Assembly: GCA_014727925.1 (NCBI GenBank)
Contig: WJMN01000027.1
Location: 1 to 46,074 of the forward strand
Length of the DNA stretch: 46,074 bases
Reading direction: 5' to 3'
DNA from: Candidatus Micrarchaeota archaeon
GTDB taxonomy: Archaea; Micrarchaeota; Micrarchaeia; Anstonellales; Bilamarchaeaceae
Each line of letters opens with the position of its first letter. Position 1 is the stretch's first letter. A program made the translations under genes and the position numbers. Below the pieces are notes generated by a model, which saw nothing but the letters and a program-made list of their open reading frames with translations, was not told where the DNA came from and searched no databases. Shown here in pieces: positions 9,514-18,670 of the stretch.

Positions 9514-11808
9514 ATGGCCAAGTGCCCCTTTGAATTCGCTTCAGCAGAGTTCCTCAACTTCCACCTAAAAGACCTCTCCACAATAGAGGCCCCCATAACC
9601 ACCATCCGCTATGAGGAGGAGATAATGGTTGAGCTGGATGAGGAGAAGACAGCATTTCTCACAGAGTATGCTTCAGTCATAAGGCAGGTTGAGGCCCTCC
9701 TGCTCCGCAAGGACATTTACGGGCTGGAGCAGGATGAGCACTATTCCGACCGCCGCCAGATTATCAGGGAATTTTACGAGTACATGTTCATGAACCCCCT
9801 GATTGCAGCCAACAAGCTCAAGAACTACAAGGAGCCAAAGCCGGAGCGCTCAATCTTTCTCAAGGGCCACACAACCTTCAAGGCCTGGCTCAATGGCATA
9901 CTTAAGCGCTATACAAAAACCGCGCTTTATAAGCTGACCAAGGAAGCAGGAGATCTCCGCTCCGCGTTCCTCTCCCTCACCGGTCTCAAATCCCTCTACT
10001 TTGTCCAGTCTCTTGTGCTGGATATGCCCCCGGATGCAAAGCCGGTTGATTCCCCGGATGCATCATACGAGCTTCCCTTCGGGATAAAGGTGCAGCTTTA
10101 CGAGGTGCCCGGTTCAGATGCTTATCTTTATGTCCAGGAAAATGAGATGATAAACAATCTCCCCAAGAGCCTCTCAAAAATTCTCAAGCGCACAATTGAT
10201 GAGCAGATGAAGGAGACTTTCAAGGCGGAGCGCTTTGATATACTCTTCCAGCTTAAGACCAGAGAATACCGCCAGCATTTTCTAGATGAGGCAATAAAAA
10301 AGGACATAAAGATAACTACCCACCAGGCGATGGCCATGGGCAGGGAAGCAGCCTCCTGGGTAGTCGGCCTCGGAGGCCCAATAGAGAATCTCGCCCTTGA
10401 TAGGCAAAATGTAACCGACATTTACATAGACAGCGAAAACTCCCCTCTCTATATAGAGCATGCAAAATTCGGGATATGCCACACCCTCTTCCGCTACAAC
10501 CACGACCTCCTCCTCCGTGCTTTCCGCAACATAGTCCTCTCAGAAAAAGGAAAGAAGTTTGATGACCTTCATCCGGTTGCGGATGTTGTGGTAAAGCGCC
10601 ACTCAATGCGCTGCCATCTCCAGCGCCCTCCAGCAACGTTCAAGGAGCTCCAGGGAGCCCTCAGGATAATGCAGGAAGAGCCCTTCACCTACCCACAGTA
10701 CCTTTATTTCAAGTCTTTCAGCCCCTTCTTCTGCGGATATGATGATGTGCTTGTAACTCTGGGCTCAAGCGAAGCTGTCCTCGGTCTAAAAGGCGTTGGA
10801 AAAACAGCATTCACTTCTGCAAAGATAGCCGCAATCGGCACCAAGAAAAGGATAATTCCAATCCAGGACATCCAGGAGATTCCTGTGCGTGCCTTCCGCA
10901 AGAGGGGCTTCCATGTTGGCGCTGCAAAGGTAAAGTCTTCTATAGGGGATCAATCAGGCTCCTCAACCGGGGAACTGGACCTGGTTGCCATGGCCAATGC
11001 CCTCCTGAGGATGGGTGATGCAGCCCTGATAATCAACGAAATCCGCTCCAGGGTTGCGGTGCAGGGGGTGATAAACCTGCTCAACACCCAGCCCGGAGTT
11101 TTCCTCCTCTACAACCTCCACGCCGAGTCCCTCCGGGATGTGCAGGACCGCCTTGAGCTGGTTTTTGGTATTCCCGGCGCAAGCATGTTTGCAACTGAAA
11201 GGTATTCCTTCCTCAAGAAGGTCCGTTTCGGGCGCAAGGGCCGTGTTTACCGCGTTCTAGGCTACGAATACGAGTCCGACCCCGAGAACCGAAAGTTTGA
11301 GGAGGTGTTCAAATACCGCCGTGGCCCCTCAATTGATGAGTGCGCCCTGGAAGCAAAGTTCATCCGGAACCCCGAAGCAGAGATGCAGGATTTCAGCAAG
11401 ATTGACCTCTCCAAGCTGGAGAATGAGCTTGACCTTGAGTTTATTCCCCCTGTTCTTTCAAGGAGGTGCGGGGAAACCGGCATCGCCCCTGAGCAGTACA
11501 TCCTTCAGGCCTTCCTTAAGGGAAAAATGTATGACATGATTTACCGGCTGAGCGTGGAGCACGATGACCCCCTTCTCATGGGACTCGACTTTGTAGTGAA
11601 AGTAAACACCTCAGTAAACCGGATGCTCGGAGAGATAGAAGATGAGCAGGGGAATGTTGATTTCGGAAAGGCCCAGAAGGAGATGGAGAAGATAGTAAAG
11701 GAGCACCTAGAGGAGGAGTTTGAGCAGCGCAAGCTAAATGCCAAGTCCAGCCCAAAGAAACCCTCAAAGAAAAAGAAGGCCAAGGAGATAGTTGCAGAAG
11801 AGAAATAG
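9514..11808 (+). CDS. Divergent type II/IV secretion-system (VirB11/FlaI/TadA-like) ATPase
   Basis: NVTDIYID, Walker A GLKGVGKT, Asp-box-like IQDIQEI, ALLRMGD, Walker B IINEIR, His-box-like NLHAES. Confidence 0.75.
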   Translation: MAKCPFEFASAEFLNFHLKDLSTIEAPITTIRYEEEIMVELDEEKTAFLTEYASVIRQVEALLLRKDIYGLEQDEHYSDRRQIIREFYEYMFMNPLIAANKLKNYKEPKPERSIFLKGHTTFKAWLNGILKRYTKTALYKLTKEAGDLRSAFLSLTGLKSLYFVQSLVLDMPPDAKPVDSPDASYELPFGIKVQLYEVPGSDAYLYVQENEMINNLPKSLSKILKRTIDEQMKETFKAERFDILFQLKTREYRQHFLDEAIKKDIKITTHQAMAMGREAASWVVGLGGPIENLALDRQNVTDIYIDSENSPLYIEHAKFGICHTLFRYNHDLLLRAFRNIVLSEKGKKFDDLHPVADVVVKRHSMRCHLQRPPATFKELQGALRIMQEEPFTYPQYLYFKSFSPFFCGYDDVLVTLGSSEAVLGLKGVGKTAFTSAKIAAIGTKKRIIPIQDIQEIPVRAFRKRGFHVGAAKVKSSIGDQSGSSTGELDLVAMANALLRMGDAALIINEIRSRVAVQGVINLLNTQPGVFLLYNLHAESLRDVQDRLELVFGIPGASMFATERYSFLKKVRFGRKGRVYRVLGYEYESDPENRKFEEVFKYRRGPSIDECALEAKFIRNPEAEMQDFSKIDLSKLENELDLEFIPPVLSRRCGETGIAPEQYILQAFLKGKMYDMIYRLSVEHDDPLLMGLDFVVKVNTSVNRMLGEIEDEQGNVDFGKAQKEMEKIVKEHLEEEFEQRKLNAKSSPKKPSKKKKAKEIVAEEK

Positions 11809-12561
11809 CTAGAATTCTCCCCCGACTTCTTTTAGCAGGACCTTGTGCACCCCGCTTCCATACTGGAGCGCCTTCTTTTTTCTCTTTACCGCTTCTTCAG
11901 GAACCCCCAGAAAGTGGGCCGCTTCCCTCAGCAAGCCTTTTTTCAGTTCCCTTTCTTCCATTCTCACAGGCACCGGAACAGAAAAAACCTCGTTTGCAAC
12001 ATTATTGCTGTAAAATGGAAACCTTGCCTCAACACCCGCCTTTCCCGCAATCTTATTTATCATCCCGATATCCCGCTTTCCCAGGGTTTCAAACTCGTCT
12101 CTGAGAATTTCCTCTAGGTTTTTTCCCTCGTTCCAGTAGGTATAATATCTCTCATACCCCACAAAAAGCTCTTCTGCGCCTGAACCGAAGAGCACCACTT
12201 CCAGCCCCAACCCCTTTGCACTTTCACAAGCAGCATAGACTGGTGCCATTATTTCCACTTTAAGGAAATCTGCATTAACCGTTTCCTTCGCTTTCCGGTA
12301 GTATTCTAGAAGCTCTTCTTTTTCCAGGATTTTTTTGTGGAGCCTCATCCCAAGCTCCTCTGCTACCCTTTCTGCAACTTCCAGGTCCTCGCTTCCTTCA
12401 ACCCCAACGCATATGAGCTCTACTTCTGCCTCTTCTTTTGCTATTTTAGCAAGGGTTGCGCTGTCTAGGCCTCCGGAAAAGGCTATCCCCACCTTGTCCT
12501 CAAGACATTCCCTCACCGATTTTTCAAGCTCATTTGCGATTTCCACCATCACCATGTCCAT
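11809..12561 (-). CDS. Asparagine synthase C-terminal-like PP-loop protein (no glutaminase domain; start uncertain)
   Basis: AFSGGLDS, GSGAEELFVGY, RFPF, KGLLREAA, RKKKALQYGSG. Confidence 0.85.
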   Translation of the reverse strand: MDMVMVEIANELEKSVRECLEDKVGIAFSGGLDSATLAKIAKEEAEVELICVGVEGSEDLEVAERVAEELGMRLHKKILEKEELLEYYRKAKETVNADFLKVEIMAPVYAACESAKGLGLEVVLFGSGAEELFVGYERYYTYWNEGKNLEEILRDEFETLGKRDIGMINKIAGKAGVEARFPFYSNNVANEVFSVPVPVRMEERELKKGLLREAAHFLGVPEEAVKRKKKALQYGSGVHKVLLKEVGGEF

Positions 12562-12613
12562 CTCCAGAATTACAACGCCTGGCCGGGCCATTACCCGCAC
12601 TACGAACCATTAA

Positions 12614-12720
12614 CGGGCCCGGAGGGAATTTCAGCAGAATAAACAGGCATTACCCTGCATTTGAACCCTCGACCTTCACCTTAGGAGGGTGCCGCGCTAT
12701 CCAGGCTGCGCTACGGGCCC
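12614..12720 (-). tRNA. tRNA-Arg(CCT) with 32-nt intron at position 59/60 (intron 12628-12659); CCA not encoded
   Basis: Reverse complement: GGGCCCG TA GCGC AGCCTGGATA GCGC G GCACC CT-CCT-AA GGTGA AGGTC GAGGG TTCAAA [intron] T CCCTC CGGGCCC G. The intron boundaries form a strict bulge-helix-bulge. Confidence 0.93.
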
Positions 12721-12741
12721 TTGTGTTTTACACGAGTTTCA

Positions 12742-12793
12742 CTTAGGAGAAAAAGCGGAATCCTAAAAAAGGGCTCCGCAGACTCCTCCTGAG
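12742..12793 (-). ncRNA. Long imperfect hairpin in the putative leader of tRNA-Arg
   Basis: CTCAGGAGGAG-TCT-GCGGAGCCCT-T5-AGGATTCCGC-TT-TTTCTCCTAAG. Several G-U pairs form only on the minus strand. Confidence 0.35.
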
Positions 12794-12891
12794 GGTTTCT
12801 ATTTATCCCCTGCTTGTTTTTAAATACCTTTTTGTTTCCCCCCCACCATCTCCATTTTAAATATTCCCGAAGCAAACAACTTGGTTTTCTT

Positions 12892-13698
12892 ATGCTCCTA
12901 AGGGACATGATGTCAAAGCTGGAGGTGAGGGAAGTAAGCTCCCTATACCCCCATGAGCAGACCATTCCCCGCAATCTCAAGCGCCTCCAGGAGGCCATGT
13001 TCAATCTCGGCCATCTTGTCGACCCACTTATTGTAGACCGAAAAACAGGGGTTGTCCTGGATGGAAACCACCGTTATGCGGTCCTGAAAAATATAGAAAT
13101 ACCAAATGCAGTTGTCCAGCCGGTTGATTACAGGGGAGATGGGAGGATAGGCCTGGGAACCTGGCTCCCCGTATGCGAGAACCACATAACTTACAAGGAT
13201 TTTGAGGCACTTGGGGAAAAAACTGAGCCTGTTGATTTTGAAACAGGCAAAAAAGCAGTAAATTCTCTTGAAGCCATTTTCATGATGGTTTCTAGCAAGG
13301 GAGGAGAAAATGATTGTCGCCTGGTCTCTCCCGGCCCCTATGATGTAATTTCAATGACTAAAAAGCAGAACAGCCTGGTTTCTGCCCTTTCCCATGTCCC
13401 GTTTGAATATTATGCAGATGACCTTATAGATGAGCATCTTGGCCTGGGCCGCACAGTGCTTTTCCGCCGCTCATACACAAAGGATGAGATTGTGCAGGAA
13501 GCAATTGCCCGCAGGCCTTTCCCTCCCAAGTCCACCCGCCACACAATCCCCGAAAGGATAATCCGGCTCAACATGCGCCTTGGGTGGCTACTTGAGGAAA
13601 GGGAAACAGCATACTCCCTCCTGGAGGAAATGCTGAGCCATCGTGTTTATTCCGGGAATGTGCGCCGCTACCCGGAACCCGTGATAGTAATCTACTAA
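12892..13698 (+). CDS. serK: SerK-like (ParB/Srx-fold) free L-serine kinase
   Basis: PHEQ, PLIVD, LDGNHR, VDY...GTWLP, FRRSYTKDEI and FPPKSTRH match Thermococcus SerK motifs as I recall them (PHEQ, DGHHR, TWYP, FSPKTTRH). Adjacent to serC/serA-like genes. Confidence 0.8.
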   Translation: MLLRDMMSKLEVREVSSLYPHEQTIPRNLKRLQEAMFNLGHLVDPLIVDRKTGVVLDGNHRYAVLKNIEIPNAVVQPVDYRGDGRIGLGTWLPVCENHITYKDFEALGEKTEPVDFETGKKAVNSLEAIFMMVSSKGGENDCRLVSPGPYDVISMTKKQNSLVSALSHVPFEYYADDLIDEHLGLGRTVLFRRSYTKDEIVQEAIARRPFPPKSTRHTIPERIIRLNMRLGWLLEERETAYSLLEEMLSHRVYSGNVRRYPEPVIVIY

Positions 13699-13718
13699 AC
13701 TTCCAAAAAGGTGTTAAG

Positions 13719-14780
13719 ATGAGTATTTTGCTAAGCCCCGGACCCGTTTACGTACCCGAGGAAATCCTGCTTGCGCAGGCAACTCCGATGATTACCCACC
13801 GCAGCCCGGCCTTTACCGAGCTTTATGGAAATATCTGCGAGAGGCTTACGGCCTACTTAAATTCCGAGGAAGCCTACCTTATTACCGGCTCAGGCACGCT
13901 TGCAAACGAAACCAATGTCCTAAACTGCTGCCTGCCAGGAGAGAAGATGCTCTGCCTTTCCAATGGGGAGTTTGGAGAGCGCCTTGCGGAGATAGGGGAG
14001 ACTTACACAAGTGTGGAAAAGCATTCCCTTTCTGCAGGGAAAGCTTGGAATCTTGAGCGCGCCAAAGAGCTCATAGACAATTCCGGTGCCCGTGTTTTTG
14101 CCATGGTATACAATGAAACCGGCTACGGAGTCGCAAACCACGCAAAGGAGATTTTCCAGTATGCAAAGTCCAAAGGAATGTTCACTATAGCAGATTCTGT
14201 TTCCGCCTGGCCTGCGCTTCCCTTCAACCAAGCCGAATACCAAGTTGATTTCTTTGGATCTGCTTCCCAGAAAGCCCTGGGCTGCCCCCCTGGAATGGGC
14301 ATAATAGGGCTCAGCAAATCCGCAATAGAGCGCATAGAGTCCAGGGACAGGATACCATCCATATACTGCGACCTGCGCAAGCACCGCAAGCGCTACCTCA
14401 AAAATCAGCAGACTCCGAATACTCCCGCAATAAGCCTTTTCCGCTCCATGCGCAAGGCTTTTGACATAATAGACCAGGAGGGGGGGATGCTTGCCTGGCA
14501 AGAGAAGCACAATTCAATATCTGCCCATGTTCGCTCCCGCATTACTTCCCTGGGTCTGAAGCTGATTCCCGAGCCCGGATATGAGTCGCCTGCCCTCACT
14601 GCATTTTACTGCGATAATGCGGATTCAATAAAAAAGAGGATGCTGGAAGAGCGCGATATCACCATAGTAGGATGCAAGGGGGAGCTCAAGGGAAAAGGAC
14701 TGCGCATTGCCCACATGGGGCAGTTTAGAAAAGAGAATCTTGATCTTTGCATAGATACACTTGAGGAGTTTCTAAAATGA
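13719..14780 (+). CDS. Class V PLP aminotransferase (archaeal phosphoserine/serine-pyruvate type)
   Basis: LLSPGP, ITHRS, GSGT, NGEFGER, NETG, DSVS, ASQKALG (PLP Lys), TPNTP, LRIAHMG. Confidence 0.88.
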   Translation: MSILLSPGPVYVPEEILLAQATPMITHRSPAFTELYGNICERLTAYLNSEEAYLITGSGTLANETNVLNCCLPGEKMLCLSNGEFGERLAEIGETYTSVEKHSLSAGKAWNLERAKELIDNSGARVFAMVYNETGYGVANHAKEIFQYAKSKGMFTIADSVSAWPALPFNQAEYQVDFFGSASQKALGCPPGMGIIGLSKSAIERIESRDRIPSIYCDLRKHRKRYLKNQQTPNTPAISLFRSMRKAFDIIDQEGGMLAWQEKHNSISAHVRSRITSLGLKLIPEPGYESPALTAFYCDNADSIKKRMLEERDITIVGCKGELKGKGLRIAHMGQFRKENLDLCIDTLEEFLK

Positions 14781-14789
14781 GGTGTCCAG

Positions 14790-15674
14790 ATGAAAGTAGT
14801 TGTTTCTGACAGCATGAATCCCGGTGCGCTTGAGAAGGTAAAGGAAACAGGGGCGGAAATAGTTTACAAGCCCGATTCCCTTGAAGATGCAGTTTCTGAT
14901 GCCGAAGTCCTTGTGGTCCGCAGCGCCACAAAGGTTACAGAAGGTCTTGTTTCCGGTGCCCCTAGCCTGAAAGCAGTGATACGGGGAGGAGTTGGCCTGG
15001 ACAACATAGACCAGGAAGCCTGCAAGAAGCGCGGGATTGAAGTTGCAAATACTCCCGGAGCTTCCACAAATGCTGTTGCCGAGCTTGCACTTTCCCTGAT
15101 TCTTGCCACTTCCCGCAACGTCCAGAAAGCCCATTTTACCATGAAGCAGGGCAGCTGGGAAAAAAAAGCTCTTGCAGGCTATGAAGTAAAAGGAAAAACC
15201 CTTGGCCTGGTAGGTTGCGGCCGCATAGGCTCCCTCCTTGCTGAAAAGGCCGCCGCCCTTGGCATGAATGTCCTCGGATTTAATCCGCCTCCCCGCCACG
15301 AATCCACCACTATCACATATGTTGAGAGCCTTGACGAGCTTTTCTGGGACTCAGATATAATCTCCCTTCATGTGCCCCTGAGCCCTTCCACGGAAAACCT
15401 GCTAAACGCTGAAGCATTTTCCAAAATGAAGGAAGGGGCAGTAGTAATCAATACTTCCAGGGGTCCGGTGATAAATGAGGATGCGCTTTATGATGCCTGC
15501 AGCTCCGGCAGGGTAGGTGCAGCCGCCCTTGATGTTTTCTGGGAGGAGCCCTACAAGGGGAAACTGCTGGAGCTAGAAAACGTGTTTTTCACACCCCACC
15601 TGGGAGCTTCCACAGCCGAGGCCCAGATAAGGATTGGGGAGGAAATTGCAGCAAAAATCCGTTCCCTGATGTAA
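14790..15674 (+). CDS. serA: D-3-phosphoglycerate dehydrogenase (short form, no ACT domain)
   Basis: VVRSATKVT, RGGVGLDNID, AVAEL, GCGRIG, SLHVP, NTSRG, LDVF, TPHLGASTAEAQ. Confidence 0.88.
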   Translation: MKVVVSDSMNPGALEKVKETGAEIVYKPDSLEDAVSDAEVLVVRSATKVTEGLVSGAPSLKAVIRGGVGLDNIDQEACKKRGIEVANTPGASTNAVAELALSLILATSRNVQKAHFTMKQGSWEKKALAGYEVKGKTLGLVGCGRIGSLLAEKAAALGMNVLGFNPPPRHESTTITYVESLDELFWDSDIISLHVPLSPSTENLLNAEAFSKMKEGAVVINTSRGPVINEDALYDACSSGRVGAAALDVFWEEPYKGKLLELENVFFTPHLGASTAEAQIRIGEEIAAKIRSLM

Positions 15675-15703
15675 TTAAAACGTTCTGGGCTAAAAGTGGT
15701 TCC

Positions 15704-16192
15704 ATGGAGTATACTCCCTTTTCCTGGCAGGAAGCAGAAAAAGCAGTTTACAGCATCTCGCAAAAAATAGAGGATTCCGGCTTTCGCCCGGACGTCCTTG
15801 TGGGAATAAGCCGCGGGGGGCTTGTCCCCTCCCGCCTTTTTTCCGATGTTCTTAATGTGCCCATTCTTTATACAATAAGAATTTCATTCTATTCCAGCGT
15901 AGGGGTTCAGATGGATGAGCCAAAGGTCACCCAGCCCCTCTCTGTTGATGTTTCAGGAAAGAGCATCCTTTTGATAGACGATATTTCAGACAGCGGAAAG
16001 AGCCTGGAGCTCGCAGAAAAATACCTAAAGCAATTTTCTCCGGCTTCCCTGAAAACAGCAACACTCCATTTCAAGCCGGATTCATGTTTCCGCCCTGATT
16101 ATTTTTATGCAGAAACCCATTCCTGGATTGTTTACCCATGGGAAAAAGGGGAGTTTGAACGGCAGACCGGAAGGAAGGTTGAAGAATTATGA
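15704..16192 (+). CDS. Type I phosphoribosyltransferase (purine salvage, HGXPRT-like)
   Basis: GISRGGLVP, ILLIDDISDSGKSL, PDY, WIVYPWE. Confidence 0.88.
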   Translation: MEYTPFSWQEAEKAVYSISQKIEDSGFRPDVLVGISRGGLVPSRLFSDVLNVPILYTIRISFYSSVGVQMDEPKVTQPLSVDVSGKSILLIDDISDSGKSLELAEKYLKQFSPASLKTATLHFKPDSCFRPDYFYAETHSWIVYPWEKGEFERQTGRKVEEL

Positions 16193-16713
16193 AACCCTAT
16201 CATCTTTTCATGCTTTTCATGGCAGTTTTCAACATCCTTATCCTGGTTACTCCCTTGCTCATGATTTCCTTTCCCCCCACAGGAGATGCCCTAAATTCCT
16301 TCTTTTCTATGACCTGCCACCAGCTTGCTGCCCGCTCCTACTGCTATTACCCTGATGCGGCAACCATCTCCGACTGCCCTGATGTTTATTCCAAAGCACC
16401 CATCCTCGATTCCCAAAATGGCCCTGCGTATAAGTTTCCAGTGTGCGCCCGTGACCTCCCCCTCTACCTTGCTGCATTTGCCGGAGGAATTGCAGTCTAT
16501 TTCACCAGGTGGCGGGATTCCAAAAAGCCCCCCAACCCAATTTATTTTCTGGTCGCACTCATTCCAATTGCATTTGACGGTGGAACCCAGTTCATAGGCT
16601 TAAGGGAAAGCACAAATGAGCTGCGCGCAATAACCGGAATCATTGCAGGGTTTGCTTTCAGCTTTTACTTTATACCTATGCTAAATTCCCTTCTCCTAAA
16701 GGATGAGAAATAG
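16189..16713 (+). CDS. DUF2085-family membrane protein
   Basis: TCHQ...RS, FPVCARD, DGGTQFIGLRESTNELRAITG. Confidence 0.85.
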   Translation: MKPYHLFMLFMAVFNILILVTPLLMISFPPTGDALNSFFSMTCHQLAARSYCYYPDAATISDCPDVYSKAPILDSQNGPAYKFPVCARDLPLYLAAFAGGIAVYFTRWRDSKKPPNPIYFLVALIPIAFDGGTQFIGLRESTNELRAITGIIAGFAFSFYFIPMLNSLLLKDEK

Positions 16714-16714
16714 C

Positions 16715-18622
16715 TTATTTCAGCCTTATTGCTTCAAGGTTCAGCGGAGCTCTGCTTTCTCTTCTGAGCATGGAGCCGATTCCCTTTGCAAGGTCCTCTG
16801 TTTTTCCCCAGTCTCCGTGAACTGTGAATACGCGCTCAGGGGTAGGCCGGATGTTTTTCATAAAGGCCATGAGCTGGTGCCTGTCGCTGTGGCCGGAGAA
16901 TCCTTCTACGGTTTCCACCCGCATGTTTATGTTCATTATCTGGGTTCTTCCATCGTCTCCAGTTGTCGGTATCTCCTTCATCCCTTTCTGTATCTTGTGT
17001 CCAAGTGAAAGTGGGCTCTGGTACCCCACAAACACAAGGGTGTTTTTTTCGTCTCCAGCCATGAGATCCAGGTATTCCACTGAAGGCCCGCCCGTAAGCA
17101 TTCCTGAGGGTGCAAGAATTACGCACGGCTCTCCGTCTGTTATCTCTTTCTTGTCTGTTCCTTTTGCAACCTTTATCATCGGAGATTCAAAGGGACTGTT
17201 GTTTGAGAGTATCCTCCTCTCCACATTGTCCCGCAAGTATTCAGGGTATGCGGTGTGGATTGCCGATGCCTCCAGCACCATGCCATCTATGTATACCGGA
17301 AGGTCAAATCCGCTGTTTTCCCTTCTGTAGTAATCTTCAAGCGCCAGCATTATCTCCTGGCTTCTCCCTACGGCAAACACAGGGATGAGCGTTTTTCCGC
17401 CTTTTTTGGCAGTTTCCTTGATGATGTTTACCAGTTTGTCTTCCATCTGCCTGCGGTTGGGCGTAACGTCGTTTCTCCCCCCATATGTGCTTTCAATGAA
17501 GAGTGTTTCTACTCTGGGAAAGTTTGTATTTGCCGGCTCAAACAACTTTGTATATCCGAATTTCATGTCTCCGGTATGGACGAAGTTATGCAGGCCCTCA
17601 CCTATGTGCAGGTGAATCATTGCGCTCCCTATTATGTGGCCTGCATTGTACATAGTCATTTTTATTTCCGGGGTTATGTCCACAACTTCCCCGTATTCTA
17701 CAGGTATGACCCTCCTCAACTCTGTCTGTATGTCTTTTTTTGTGTAAGGCGGCTCAACCCCCAGGGTTTTTTTTGCCAGGTTCAGGTAGTCCTTCTGGAG
17801 AAGGCCCATCAGGTCCCTTGTGGGAGAGGTGCAATAAACAGGCCCGTCATATCCGTATGCATAAAGATATGGGATGAATCCCATATGGTCCATGTGCCCA
17901 TGCGTTACCAGCACTGCGTCTAGGTCTTCTAGTGGAAATCCCAGCATGTTCAGATAGGGGTATGCCTTGCTTGGCTCACCGGTAACCGGGTTTATCCCCA
18001 CATCAATGAGAACTTTGCTGTTTGGAGTCTGGATAAGCACACATGACCTCCCCACTTCCCGGGACGCCCCAAGCAGCACCGCCCTTACCCAGTCACTTTG
18101 CGGAGCTGGCTGACATATCTTTTTTCCAACAGAAACCAGGAATTTTTTTCTTTCCTCAGCATCTGCAACAGCCGCTTTCCGCACCCCCTTAAGGGTTGAT
18201 GAAGGTATGGTCGGGCTCCTCAGCACCACCGGAGACCACCCAGTGCTTATCATTATCTCTTTTAGCACTGAGCCTCCCTTCCCTATGACCAGGCCAGGCT
18301 TTAGTGCCTCTATATTGACTTCTGAAAATTCAGGAACGAAAAATATGTTTGATATTCCTGCATCTTCTGAAACTGTTTCCTTTATTTTCTTTTTTGCCTC
18401 ATCCGGGTCGCTGAGCATAGACGGGTCCACCCTCACGCTGACTTTTTTTCTGAGGCTGCCTGCCAGTTGTTTTATAAGCTGGTCATTATCGTAAAATGCC
18501 TTTATGTTTTTCACATATATGACTATGTTGAGCCCTTCCGGCTCTACTTTTGTAACCTCGCATTCAGCAGGCATTATTTCTTCCACAATTTTCTCTATTT
18601 CTTTGTAATGCACTGTTCTCAC
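16715..18622 (-). CDS. fttA: Beta-CASP ribonuclease aCPSF1 (termination factor FttA)
   Basis: N-terminal KH domains (KPGLVIGKGG), EVGRSC, THGHMDH, AGHIIGS, ESTYG, GFSGHSD, VHG. Adjacent to psmB. Confidence 0.95.
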   Translation of the reverse strand: MRTVHYKEIEKIVEEIMPAECEVTKVEPEGLNIVIYVKNIKAFYDNDQLIKQLAGSLRKKVSVRVDPSMLSDPDEAKKKIKETVSEDAGISNIFFVPEFSEVNIEALKPGLVIGKGGSVLKEIMISTGWSPVVLRSPTIPSSTLKGVRKAAVADAEERKKFLVSVGKKICQPAPQSDWVRAVLLGASREVGRSCVLIQTPNSKVLIDVGINPVTGEPSKAYPYLNMLGFPLEDLDAVLVTHGHMDHMGFIPYLYAYGYDGPVYCTSPTRDLMGLLQKDYLNLAKKTLGVEPPYTKKDIQTELRRVIPVEYGEVVDITPEIKMTMYNAGHIIGSAMIHLHIGEGLHNFVHTGDMKFGYTKLFEPANTNFPRVETLFIESTYGGRNDVTPNRRQMEDKLVNIIKETAKKGGKTLIPVFAVGRSQEIMLALEDYYRRENSGFDLPVYIDGMVLEASAIHTAYPEYLRDNVERRILSNNSPFESPMIKVAKGTDKKEITDGEPCVILAPSGMLTGGPSVEYLDLMAGDEKNTLVFVGYQSPLSLGHKIQKGMKEIPTTGDDGRTQIMNINMRVETVEGFSGHSDRHQLMAFMKNIRPTPERVFTVHGDWGKTEDLAKGIGSMLRRESRAPLNLEAIRLK

Positions 18623-18670
18623 CTACTACTTCCGCAGTTTATAAATAAGTTTTAAAAAAATGAAAAAAAT

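Noticed and set aside
11809-12561. Asparagine synthase as a truncated pseudogene
   Set aside because: The ORF is intact with complete synthetase motifs, and stand-alone forms occur in archaea.
12721-12810. tRNA leader interpreted as a minimal RNase P RNA or hammerhead ribozyme
   Set aside because: It is too short, and the conserved CR-I/CR-V or CUGANGA/GAAA cores cannot be placed.
12892-13698. ParB partition protein or plasmid signature
   Set aside because: There is no HTH and no parA; the motifs and context match SerK.
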